Source of the DNA: Vitrella brassicaformis CCMP3155
Lineage: Eukaryota > Protista > Chromerida
Length of the DNA stretch: 64,000 bases
Direction of reading: 5' to 3'
Assembly: GCA_001179505.1 (NCBI GenBank)
Contig: CDMY01000352.1
Span: 1-64,000 of the forward strand
How positions within the stretch are numbered: the stretch's first letter is position 1; each line of letters starts with the position of its first letter. Below the pieces are notes generated by a model. The model saw only the letters and a program-made list of their open reading frames with translations, was not told the origin of the DNA and did no database searches. A program made the translations under genes and the position numbers. Below, one piece after another: positions 51,935 through 64,000 of this stretch.

Positions 51935-52028
51935 GGGGTGGGGGAGGAGGGGAGGGCGAGTAACCGTCGACGGTGCAGACTGATGGATGGCCTGGGGCGC
52001 ATCTCGCCGCACCTGGTCACTCACTCCT

Positions 52029-54412
52029 TCAGGCTTTATTGGACGAGACTGGGGGATTCAGATAAATAACCTGTACGCAGCCCAGCCACACCGCCGGCAG
52101 ACAGACAGACAGACAGACGATGAGATGTCGCGGAAGGACCAGACCAGTGGAGTGGGGGTGGGGGGTGGGGTGAGTGCGGTGCCTTTCGCTCACTTGCACG
52201 GTTATGTCGTCGACCACGTTGCCCTCCTCCGCCACCCACCTGTCAAACGAACGCCACACAACACAACACAAGACAAGACAAGACAAGATGCAAGAGCAGC
52301 TAGATTAGATAGATGTGTGATAAGGTGTGTGTGTTGTGTTGTTTCACAAACCGTTTCCATGACTCTCCGGCGAGTGTCTCGGCGGCCTCCTGGACGTTCT
52401 TGATGGGCCTGCTGGCGACCATGTCGACGGCCTCCTGGGAGGAAATGAACTCCCACACGCCGTCGCTGCACATGATGATGAACTGGTCCTTGGAAGGGTC
52501 AAGATTGTACACTGATTGATGGACGCACCCACATCATGTCATGTGGTGTGGTGGATTGGATTGGATTGTGCGAATGGTCTGGTCCGTGTGTGTGTGTGAT
52601 CTGTTCTCTTCTGTTCTGTACATGTGATCTCTGGTTCGGCGATGACCCCTGCTGATGAGCCGACAGTGTCACCCAACGCTCTGATATACACACACAGACA
52701 GACAGAGAGAGAGGGAGACACACATATGAGACACACAGGGGAATGCAATGCGTGTGTTGTGTTGTGTTGTCGGGTCGGTGGGGCCGGGGCAGGGAGGGGA
52801 GGGGAGGTGCCCACCTAGACATGGCGAGTCCGGGGTAGAGTTTGCCCTTGACGAACACGCGATACGGAATGTCGCCCTCCAACCGGCGAACCTGACCACC
52901 TGCACACAAAAACAGAGACACAGACACGCACGGGCGTCGTTCTGGGGCATTCTAGTCAGAGGTGTGTGTGTGTGTGTGTACCTGATGCGACGATTCTTTT
53001 CTTCTCAGCCTCCAGGTTGGGCTTGTGGTCGTTGGTCAGATCCACAGCCCACACGCGACGAGCTGAAGCAACAAACACACACACACACACATACACACAC
53101 ACACTCCTTATTAGAGCCAGGCTACCCACAGCCAGCACGCACACACACACCTGTGAAATGGTTGTCACCTTTTTGGTCTACTTTGCCGAGTACGCATCTG
53201 GAGTCGCCGACGTGGGCCACCCACAGCTTGTGCTCACTCATGCGGTGCAGCGCCACAGTGGCGGTGCTCCCGCTCAACGTGCAGTCGAACCGACCCGTCG
53301 CAGCCGTCTGCTCCAACAACTTGTGCACCTGCAAAACCAAACACACACACACACACACACGTCGCCACACGTGAAAGAGGGGGAGGGGGGGGCACGGGGC
53401 GTGTGTGTTGTGTGTGTATGATGGGATGGATGGTAGGGAGCGACCTGTAGGAATGCGTATCTGAGTGCGGCTTTAGGGTCTGTCTGGAAGTTGGAGTGGC
53501 CGCAGACGAGCTTGGGGATGTGCTGCTGCACGAAATGCGACACGTCATGGCCGTACGGGCCGTGACCTACACACACACACACACACACACGATCACACAC
53601 ACATGTGAGCACAGGGCGGGGCGGGCATGCACATAATCCAGTGTCCATCGACTTGACTGTCTGTCTGACTGTCTGTCTGCCTGTCTGTCTGTCTGGCTGA
53701 CCGTCAAACACGCCATACAAGGCCCAGTCCCCCATCCTGACACACACACAGACAGACACGGCAAGGCAAGACCAGGAAAAGATATGTCGTCCCATCCATC
53801 CCACATCTCAGCTGTCTGTCTGTCTGTCTATGTGAACGAGCCGAGCCCTACAACCGACCTGTAGATGAAGAAGTCGTCCTGGTTGGGCGACTCGGGTTTG
53901 AGCCCCTTCCTGCAGGCGTACCCCACACCCACGTCGCCAAACGACATACCGTCACCGCGCAGCTCCTGCATCTTGTTCTGATGAGATGAGATAGATGAAC
54001 CAAACACATAGCAACACATACCAACAAACACACCGTCAAATCATCAACCAACCCACACCTCCCTCTCTCTGCTCACATCGAATCCCCTCTGGACTCCATT
54101 GGACGGCGCGCCCGAGACGGAGAGGCGTCTGCCCGTGTTGGCGAACTGGCCCATCCAGTTCTGGTCGCCCACCTTGTCGGGCGCCGGTGTGGCCTCGGTC
54201 TGGTGGTTGCTGGAGGCCATGGTGCTGCCATTGCCCTCGAGTGGCGGCAGCTGCGTCCCCACCGAACCGCGAGGCTCCTCTTCGTCAGACGAGACGGGCC
54301 GCGCCTCGCTGGACTGGCTCACCGACAGCCGCCGTCTGCGGTCGGCAATGCGCTTGCCGGCGGCGTCATCGGTGACGTCGTCCGTGGCGCTCTTGCTGCC
54401 GCAACTACCCAT
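52029..54412 (-). CDS. PPM/PP2C protein phosphatase with N-terminal acylation motif
   Basis: MGSCGS; YACRKGLKPESPNQDDF, LYGVFDG|HGPYGH, SGSTAT, VAHVGDSRCVL, DLTNDHKP, GLAMS|RALGD, FIIMCSDGVWEF and DDITVQ|VIYL. Confidence 0.93.
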
Positions 54413-54762
54413 ACTAGCACCCAGGGTCCCTGAAGCCGGTGGTGCCGCACCGCCGACGGTCTTCCGCTTGGGTTTGGCCCGTGCTGGCGTCTGCACGGGA
54501 AGATGCGATAGGGTCCTCTTCTTCAACTGCCGATGAGACAAAATCTTGAACGACGGGGGAAGGGACGCAACGCGGCTGAGCAGGCCGCGTGACGACCTCA
54601 CAGCAGCACGGCAGGGGGCGGGAGAGCCGAGCCTCACTGGAAATGTGCCAAACGACTGCCTCCGAACCCTCTACGCCAAAATCGCAACCATCGCCACTCG
54701 AGCTCGCAGATTTAAATGGTTTCGCCCACGCCCTAAGAACCCTGAGCAGAGGAGGCCCATGC

Positions 54763-56196
54763 ATGGCAGGAGCGGGTGAGCCCAACACCAAGAAGGTGTC
54801 GGCATGGATGAGCCGATACAAGAAAAACAATGCCGTGCTGGACACCCTCACTGAGCAGGTGGAGAGGCTCCGTACCCAGGTCCACAAGATGGAGCGGGAG
54901 GTGCTGGCAGGCGAAACAGAATACGGCAGAGAGGTAAGGGTGAGGGAGGGGAGGAAAAGACAACAAATGCGACAAATAAATGGGCGAGGAGTGCCGTGCC
55001 TGCTGGATTTCGTGTCCAGGTGAATCTCATCCTGCAAGACCTCAAGCGGCGCTCAGAGGAGGCACGGGTACGCTCCTTGACTTAGAGACGCTCCTTGGTC
55101 ATTCGGCCGCGCAGGCTGTTCTCTCTGCGTGTGCATGTGTGTGTTAGGAGCAGCTGCAAATAGAGAAGGAGAAGAACACGGCCGTGGCGCGTCAGGTGGC
55201 CGAGGGCCGCAAGGCCAAGCTCTCATTGCAGAAGCAGTGGGAGTCGCTCGAAGTCGACTATGCCAAGAAGCGCGGCCTGTACGAGAAGCGTGTGCAGGAG
55301 AAGGAGGCCCTGGACAAGCAGATAGAGGCCCTCAGCCACAAGCTCGAGAACCTGGCGCTGCAGAAGGCCAAGTGCCAGGCCGAGTTGGCACAGCTGCGCG
55401 AAGACAGACAGCTGGAACAGTCATTCCTCGGTCGGTGAACAAACACGGATGCACCGCTTTAAGCTGCATCAATCACTTGTGTGGATGAATGGTGTCGTGT
55501 GTGTGGATCGGATCACCAGATGTGCGCAACACGGAGATTCGTCTGTTGTCGGATACCCTGACGTCCACCCAGCACGCATCGACCCTCCACAACGTGCGCC
55601 ACCCGCTACACCTCGACCCCGCCCTCACAGACGCCTACGAGCACAACATGCACCTCCCACCACCCGCCTCGCACCACCACCAGCAGGGCGATGACCACAT
55701 CGATCCCGAGCACATCGACCTGGACGACGAGAGTGCGTGTGATGATGACGATCATGACTCGGGCATCCCCCACGCCGTCGGTGCGCCCAGCGGGCCTCTC
55801 GACACCATCCCAGAACTTAGCGAGGATCCTTCCAACACGGTCACACCCGCCCGGCACACCCCGGCAGATCGCCTGTTGCTGCCCCCTGCCGGCTCGCTCT
55901 CACTCATGCGTCAACAGGGTGTTGGGCAAGACATGGCGGCCGTCGGCACCCCACCGGCCCCCGTGTTGATGATGTGTGAGGGTGGTGTTGGCTGCTCGGG
56001 CAGCAACGAGGTCGAGGACGGCAGCAACGAGGCTGTGCAGGGTGAGTCGCCCGAGTGTGTTGATTTGGGTTCGCCTGTGCCGCCGGAGGTGTCGGCGATG
56101 CCCACACACATGCCGGGCGAGATGGCGATTGGAGCACAGCAGGCAGGAGGCGTGGGAGGCGGCCAGGGGGCGCGGCGAGAGGTGCAGATGCAGTGA
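54763..56196 (+). CDS. Hypothetical coiled-coil protein with acidic/His-rich disordered tail
   Basis: Heptad-rich exons (LDTLTEQVERLRTQVHKMERE; LEVDYAKKRGLYEKRVQEKEALDKQIEALSHKLENL) and a long last exon at 55489-56196. Confidence 0.65.
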
Positions 56197-57486
56197 CGCA
56201 GGGTGGATAGAAGGGAGTAGATGGATGGATGGACGGACGGATGTAAAGGATAGAGAGAGAGATTGAGAGAGATTCCCGTGTGTGTGCAAATCCATCGCAT
56301 GTGTGTGTGTGCGTGTGTGTGTGGTGGGTGAGTGACTCACTAACGTAGCTGCTAATGTTCAGACAGCATTGACTGACTTGACAGCGACGCAACTGCAGGA
56401 TGTGGTTGTCTTGTTTTGACGCGTTGTTTGCCTGTGGATTGCGCTGCTTATAAGACTGCACACACAATAGTCAGCCCTGATCACCGTCATCACGGCCATC
56501 GATCAGGCTCGCCGTCGTGTGTGTCGTCTCATGAGCCGCACAAGACCAGGACCGCCGATATGACTACTTGTACCTGTTCGGGTGTGCAGAAAGACAGAGA
56601 GATGAGGGGGAACGACTTGGGTGTGTAGATATATATGTGTCACAGCGCTGAGTGACTCGACTTGCTGGCGACTTGCCTTTGCTTACTGTATCTTGTCGAC
56701 TGTGCTGCTCGTGTGCCGACGCGTGCGACGGCAAATCGGATTGGGCACCTCAAACAACGGTGCTCGATCAGGTTCGTTGTCGGGTGCATCGTGCATGATC
56801 GGTGCAGGCCTGGCCAAGACAGCTTACTGGAATACTTGATGCGTGTGTATATTGGCACACACAGTGGAATGTCCGCTTCGTTAAGATGACCAGTCAGTCG
56901 GCTGATGCAAACCAAACCATGCAAGTCGCGTCGCTTCCCGCGACAGGAAAGGAGCATGTCTCACTCATCCAGTCCACCACATCAGTCTATCTCACGCAGC
57001 CACCAATCAGACCAAAACACAAAAATACCCCCTCGTGTGTGTGTGCAGTGCGCAGAGGGTCCCAGAGAGAGGAAAGGTTCGATCGTTTGTATGTACAAGC
57101 AGCCCAACCAGCAGTCAGCTTAGCGGCAACCTATACAGACACCACGGACGGCAGGCAGTGTACTGCACACAGTACTTGAAACCAGCCAACCATTCACTCA
57201 CTCACTCACACTCTCGGATGCAGCCATCGTCATTCAAATGTAATTGATTGCGCGCGTCACGTATGGTGACGAGTACGCACACACGAGCTCCGTTACGCAG
57301 ACCACCAGTTGGCCCACCACACGCAGCAGCTCAGCCTGGCTGGCTGGCTGGCTGGCTGCTTGTCTGCCTTGGTGCGTGTGGGGACACCTCATCTCATTGA
57401 CACACTCAGTCACTCACTCAAGAAACTCTCTGCAGCGTAAAGCTACACTCCTTTATATGCTGTCCACGTCACGTCACTCACGTCCG

Positions 57487-59094
57487 TCATGAGAATACCC
57501 TCCCCATCATCTCTGTCAGAGACGCCAAAACTGTTATGCCCTGTCAGACATACACAACACAAACCCACCCGACACACGGAAGACGTCCATCCCTGTCTGC
57601 CTTTCTGTCGCCGAGTGCTTCGCTTTGCCACCCAGGTACCTGTTTAGAGAGTGCCTCGAGGAAGGTGTTGCCGGCGAAGAGCAGAAAGACTACTCCCCCT
57701 GCCAGCGCTGCCGCACGCTCAGACACATAAGACGTCAGAAGCGAACCTGACATCACATCACGCCACACCACACCACACCACACACACAGAGGCAGATCAG
57801 ATGCACTCATGTGTGGGGATTGATTGGCAGGGATGGCAAAGGCTTCTCCTGACCTCCGACGACGGCGATGAAAGTGGCGATCATGTGTCCGACTGATCCG
57901 CCCACGACGACTCCCCATGGGTTCTTGGCCGCACCCAACGCTATCGTGCTGATCATCGACTTGTCGCCCCACTCAGCCACAAAGATCAACGAAAACGTCT
58001 CTACGTAGACACACACAAACACCGCGATGAAGAACAGACAGACGCACCTCCCACAACATAAGCCTTCCCACTCACTGACCAACAAGAATGGCCCATTGTG
58101 TGGGAGAGAGACCGAATCGTGTCTGCTGTTTCTCGACCTCCTGCTGGGCCTCTTCGAACTCCTCATTCTCCTCGCCCTCCTTGCCCTCCTCCAGCCCCGC
58201 CTTGATGTTCTGCACGCCGAATAACACCAGCAGGGCGGCGGCGGCGTAGTCGTCGAAGGGGACGGTGGTGGTGAAGGGCAGCGCGTGGAACACCTGACCT
58301 ATCAACACCGATATTGCCGTCATCAGTATCAACGCACCAGTCGTCCCTAATGGCACACACACACACACAGCCACACAGCCACACAGCCACACAGCCACAC
58401 ACACGCAGATCCCATTGGTGGCTGGCAGGCAGGCAGGCAGGCAGACAGGCGTACCGATGAAGACGAGCCGCCTCGAGTACTTGAGCGAGAGCAGGGCCGA
58501 GATAAAGAAGGTCTTGTCGCCGATCTCAGACAAAAAGATGAGCGAGAAGCCAGCAATCAGCGCCGAATAGAACTCAGGCACGGCAGTCTGCAGGAAGGGC
58601 AGCGTGGGCAGCGTCAGGGCCGCTGGCGGGAAGGGCGGCACCGACGGCAACGGCGGGCTGGGAATCGCCACCGACGCAACAGCGGGAATCACGCTGCTGA
58701 TCAGGGGCATCAGTGCCACCGCCACAGCAGTTACACCCGCAACCATCTTCCGCAACCTCTTCGGGTTGGCCCTCATTCTTGCAAGCCAGCTGTCCATGTG
58801 CGCATGGTCGTCCTCGAGAGGGCTGAAAGACGGTGGGACTGGGACTGGTCGTCGTAGTGGTGACACCACCTCAGGACCATCATCGCGATCAGCGGGTGGG
58901 TCCAGATCAGTCACCCGCCTAGACAGCAGCGGCGTGTGGCGGATCTCTGTCAGCGGCTGTTGCCTGCGTGATGCATCTACAGGGATGGCTGTGCGTCGGA
59001 GGGCAGCGGGACGAGCAGGTCTGAATGCCGCGATGGGTGCCGCCAGCGACAAAAGCAATGACAGCGCGGATAGAGGCACCACTGATGCTCTCAT
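57487..59094 (-). CDS. GDT1/TMEM165 (UPF0016) Mn2+/Ca2+ transporter, plastid-targeted PAM71/CMT1-like
   Basis: Two family motifs, [11 protein letters not shown] and [10 protein letters not shown], with an acidic central loop; bipartite leader [34 protein letters not shown]. Confidence 0.92.
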
Positions 59095-59264
59095 CGTGGC
59101 GTAGCCTGGCGGTGATTAAGGGGAGCTCTCCAAGCTTACTAGCTCGCACGGAGCAGAAAGATTTCTGTGTTCTCCTTCTCCTTGGGCGTTCCCAACGTTC
59201 CTACCTATCGGCGAGGCGAGAGCGACGTTTGAATTCTCCCCACCGGAGTGGGAGCGGTGTTTTC

Positions 59265-61167
59265 ATGACCGTCGACGATGGCTGCAGCGCCAGCGAGGCA
59301 GTGGCATCCCCTGCCACCTTCCTCGCCACACACACACCAGCGCCGCCGCACAAATCCAGCAGCCCTCGCGTCAATTTCAGCTCACCTGATGATGGTGCGT
59401 ACCGACCTGCAGCCACCTGTCTGGGACGGAAGCACGATGAGGCTGATGATGTTGACGACAGCACACCCCAGTTCGAGTGGACGGCGACGGCGCAGTCGAC
59501 GGGCTCGACGCTGTCGCTGCCCGATAGCCCCACACACACCGACACGGCGAGTCCAGGGGCCCTCCACTCCCTCTTTGGCAGACCCCTGTATGCCAAGCTG
59601 GGGACTGCAGACGACTCGCCGGCACGCAGACAGCAGCAGCACCAGCATCATCAAGACGCAGACGTCCTGGAGGTCACGAAGCTGACAGTCAGTGTCGACA
59701 GTAACAGCGATGCTGCTGTGGCTGTGGGTGTGGGTGTGGCGGCCCCACCACGGAAGCGGGGCAGATTGGAGGCTTCCCTCGGCCTCATCTTATGCGGCGC
59801 CTCCGCATTCTTTTTCGCCTTGGCGTGTAAGCAGAGGCAGAGCAGAGCACCACACATGGATATCGACCCACAAAGCAGTCCTCATCACACGACAAACAAA
59901 CCTTTGTCGTGTGTGTGTTTCCTGCGTGCAGCGATGTTTGTGAAGATTGCGAGCAAGGAGGTCCCCGTCGCCTACATCATCTTCTCGCGCGGCTTCTTGC
60001 AGACGGTCTTGGCGGTGGCCAGTATGCTGCTGCAGGGGGTGATGGAGGGGCGGTGGGTCAACTTGCTGGGCCAGCGGGGCATCAGGCATCTGCTCTTCTG
60101 CCGCGGCCTGTTTGGGGCTTTCGCTGTGGGCTTGTTCTTCTTCACTGTCACGCAGCTGCCGCTTGGGGACGCGTCGGCCGTCTTTTTCACCTCACCTATT
60201 GTTACGGTACAGCAGCACACCGACACCGACACAGAGAGACGGAAAGGCAGACAGACATGTGTTTTGTCTGTGTGTGTGTTTCGCCGTTTCCGCCACTCCA
60301 CAGGCGTTGCTAGCGTACCTGGTTCTGGGCGAGGCGTGGGCCGCATCCAACTGGATCATCGCTTTCGTGTCCTTCTGCGGTGTGATGCTCATCGCCCGCC
60401 CATCTGCGCTCTTCCCCCCCTCCCTCCTTCCCCCCGACCCATGCGCTGCTGGCGGCCACCGGCTGCTGTCAGACCACGAGCTGTACCCCCTGCACGCCGC
60501 CCTCGACTGCTCTCACCGTGCCTCGCCGCCACACCTGGTGCCTCGGACAGGGGCCGTGTGTCTCGCCTTCGTCGGCGCTATCAGCGGTATTAGGGTGGGG
60601 GAGAGATGCGCATGGCATGTGGTCCAACGTATTCATCATGTGCTGTTCTGTGCTGTCACACGTCACACAGGAGCCGTTGCGCTGTGTTTTGTGCGTTTGA
60701 TCGGCAAGCGGACGGAGCCTTTGGTGCTCGTCAACTACTTTGGCCTGTGCACGTCAGCGGTGTCTTTGGCGCTGGTGATGGCCTTCACTCCGCCGCAGAC
60801 AGTTGACTTCGCCTCGGTGTCGATGGGCTCGTGGCTGGCCACTGTCGGTGTGGGCTTCCTGGGCTTCTCGGCACAGTGGTGCCTCAACAAGGGTCTCCAG
60901 CTGGAGAAGGCAGGACCGGCAGGTACGGTACCCAGAAAATACACAACCACACCCAGAGTGCTCTCAATCACTCGTCGTCTGTTCTGTGTGTCCGTGGGTG
61001 TGGGCGTGTGCGCAGCGTTCATGCGGAATTTGGACGTGGCCTTGGCCTTCATTTTCCAGGTGTGCATACTGGGGGTCCCCCTGGACCCGCTGTCCGTCAC
61101 CGGCGCGGGCCTTGTAGTGGGCTCTGCCTCGGTGATGGTGCTGCGCAAGTGCGTGAGTGGCCAATAG
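59265..61167 (+). CDS. EamA/DMT superfamily transporter (SLC35G-like)
   Basis: IIFSRGFLQ, LLFCRGLFGAFAVGLFFFTVTQLPLGDASAVFFTSPIVT, VMLIARP, GFSAQWCLNKGLQLEKAGPA and NLDVALAFIFQ; long disordered N-terminus. Confidence 0.88.
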
Positions 61168-62215
61168 GGGAGGAGGGCAGAGAGGGCGGCGTGACGCGAC
61201 GCATGATACGTGCGTGTTGGTTGTGCAGACAGACAGACAGAGAGGGACGTACACACACATTTTCAGTATGTATCCATTTTCATCACGCAAGGTGTGGTGT
61301 GGGTGGACGAGCGAAGCTCTTGCGTGACGTGCATCTGTGGCTTTGTTGGTTGATGCGTCTGTCAGTGGGCCTCACGCGGCCCTTGTTGGTTTGGTAGAAG
61401 GAAGGCAGATAGGGAGCTTTCTCTGTGCACGGCCAGGCCAGCGTGTGTGTGTGGGTAGTCAGTGCGATGACACGAACACAGGGATGGACCTGAAGGTGGG
61501 TGGGAGGGATTCCTTCTGTTTATGTGTGACCTGACCCTATCGTGTGTGTTGTCTGTCTTGATTCGTTTGGAGAGGGTTGAATGGATAATTGACAATTTGA
61601 GCTGTTGAACCCCATCCCTCCCCTTACAGCCTCACAACATCTCAACACTGGCTCTCTGATGTCCTGCAGTGGTCCATTTCATCCATCACCTAGAGCTGGA
61701 CAACAGACGCGATGGATACCTTGAGTGTACCACCAAGTCTGTAGCGCAGCTGGAGGTGACGGATGAACAAGACCACAGTTGCGAGGCGACATCACATCAT
61801 CAGGTCATGGAAACCCCCCGCCCCATCTCATTTCAGTCCACCCAGCGAGATGTACACCACCGCCGCCACAGATGCCGCCAACGCTCTTCGCCCATGTCCG
61901 CAGCAATGAAACAGATCTGATGGATGCTCTGCGTGCATCATCAGGTCTGTGTAATGGCTGTGGACACGGCAGAACGAGACACTGACCACATCAAGTGGGC
62001 GCAACAACTGACAGAAACTGGGCAGCCGACACCCTGCTCTGCTCACTACTCAGGAAAATGCGTCATTGACCGGCTGGCTGGCCGACTGGCTGTTGGCAAA
62101 ATGAGAGCTTCAAAACTGTAGGAAACGCTATGCACATCACACAACCATCTCCCTCCCTCCCTGCCTCCTCTACACACACTCACATACATGCACTGCACAC
62201 CATCGGTTGGTCGGG

Positions 62216-62271
62216 TCAGCCTCCCTTCTCGACCGACGCCTCATCCAGTGCACGGCGCCAATCCTTTGCCA

Positions 62272-62306
<35 letters not shown>

Positions 62307-63222
62307 GCATTCAGGCAGGGCGACAGAGAGAGAGAGAGATGCACACCACCAGTTGGGCGTGTTCTCGCGCCCACACTCACCTCACCTGCCATTTGTCGAT
62401 TCTGGGTCGGTCGTCGAATCGCTTGTTGTACGGCTGTGTGAAGAAGACGTGTCGCCAGATGGGCTCCATGAGGCCGTCCACCACCGTGGGTTTGTCGTCG
62501 AACAGAATGTCGCCCCGGATGAGCGTCTTGTCTCTGGTGAGTATGAGGCGCTGCTTCCACTCGACGCCCAGCTGGTCCACAACCCACTGCACCTTCTCGT
62601 ACGCGCACAGGTCCGTGCAGTTGGGATCTACACATACAACATGGCCGTCCGGCCGATCAGTGCACTGCACCCCTATATGCCTTCACATACCTACCGGGTG
62701 CAGACACGAGGAAGACGTCATGCCCCTCGCTGAGCATCTCCTTGACGGCCTCGATGCCGTAGTCGTTGGGCCTCATGGTCCGCCAGAACCCCGCCACCCC
62801 TGTGATGGCCTCGACGGTGTCGAAGTGCTCAGGCGGAAAGTCCTTGGCGTGGTGCCACTGCTGCCGCTGGTGGGGCTGCAGCAGGGGCACCTCGGGGTGG
62901 TGGATCTTCATGTGGCGGTTGAAGCTGCGGAACACAACACACACGTGCCCATGCGTGAAGACGCCAGTGATCACTTGTGTGATTGTAAGGATCTTCCCAC
63001 GCACCTTTCCTCCCAATCGACGAGGGTGTTGTCCATGTCCACCAGAATGGTCTTCTTCGTCCTCGTCGACGCAGCGCCGCCGTTCATCAGACCAGTAAGC
63101 GGCAATGCAGCAAAAGCCGCCCGGATGCACAGAGTGTCAGCAGATCCAGATAGTATCGCTGGAATGCAGCTGCATGCACTCACCAAGACCCAGAGAATGC
63201 TCATCCAACTCTCCCACCGCAT
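62216..63222 (-). CDS. 5'(3')-deoxyribonucleotidase (NT5C/NT5M, HAD family)
   Basis: ILVDMDNTLVDW (HAD motif I), GFWRTMRP, EKVQWV, LILTRDKTLIRGDILFDDKP and FTQPYN; hydrophobic N-terminal extension. Confidence 0.9.
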
Positions 63223-63421
63223 GCGAGCTTGTAGCCAGAAATTCTAAGCTCGCACTTGTCGACGCTAGTCTAGCTGCTGTTCGACAGCACACAAGCCGCC
63301 TGTGAATGGCTTGTTACAGCGTATCGACTTTCTGAAGAGGAACGAGGTGTATGATCGCTGCGGCACCCTTGACGCCTGTCTGTCTGTCGGCATTCCCTTT
63401 TTTCTATCGCTGATTGATTAG

Positions 63422-64000
<579 letters not shown>

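Noticed and set aside
51484-52024. ORFs spanning 51.5-52.0 kb
   Set aside because: They are open only because of the 300-N assembly gap.
56500-57300. Possible structured ncRNA in the intergenic region
   Set aside because: I found no Sm site, C/D or H/ACA boxes, or convincing long stem by eye; an Infernal/Rfam scan would be needed.
59025-60593. 522-aa ORF as a single-exon gene
   Set aside because: It reads through several in-frame introns of the EamA gene, and its 5' end overlaps the divergent GDT1 start.
62207-63247. 346-aa plus-strand ORF
   Set aside because: It is the antisense shadow of the minus-strand deoxyribonucleotidase and includes microsatellite runs.

Overview
This is eukaryotic genomic DNA with no prokaryotic operons, rRNA, tRNA or CRISPR. 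Exons are GC-rich and short GT-AG introns are packed with (CA)n, (ACAG)n, (ATCC)n and (GGCA)n microsatellites. That style, plus an apicomplexan-type plastid phosphate translocator and a bipartite-leader plastid protein, points to a chromerid alga, most likely Vitrella brassicaformis (inference). Most ORF-track entries are intron read-through or antisense artefacts, so genes were rebuilt by joining exons by eye; boundaries are approximate. Recognisable genes: acyltransferase-3, FSH1 serine hydrolase, PrsW-type protease, F5/8C (discoidin) secreted protein, PEBP, TPT/APT1-type translocator, Rab5, a PPR-like low-complexity protein, PP2C, GDT1/PAM71-type transporter, EamA/SLC35G transporter, 5'(3')-deoxyribonucleotidase and CDC5L. 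There are two large local duplications. (1) A ~5.5 kb direct repeat at ~3990-9455 and ~15818-21481 carries two decaying genes. (2) A tandem unit at ~25573-30480 and ~30503-38800 carries a large secreted protein of acidic modules joined by Lys/Arg-rich linkers. The two paralogs are near-identical except for whole modules replaced right at those linkers. This modular putative polyprotein, head-to-head with a PEBP gene, is the best candidate for an undescribed system. An assembly gap lies at 51635-51934.
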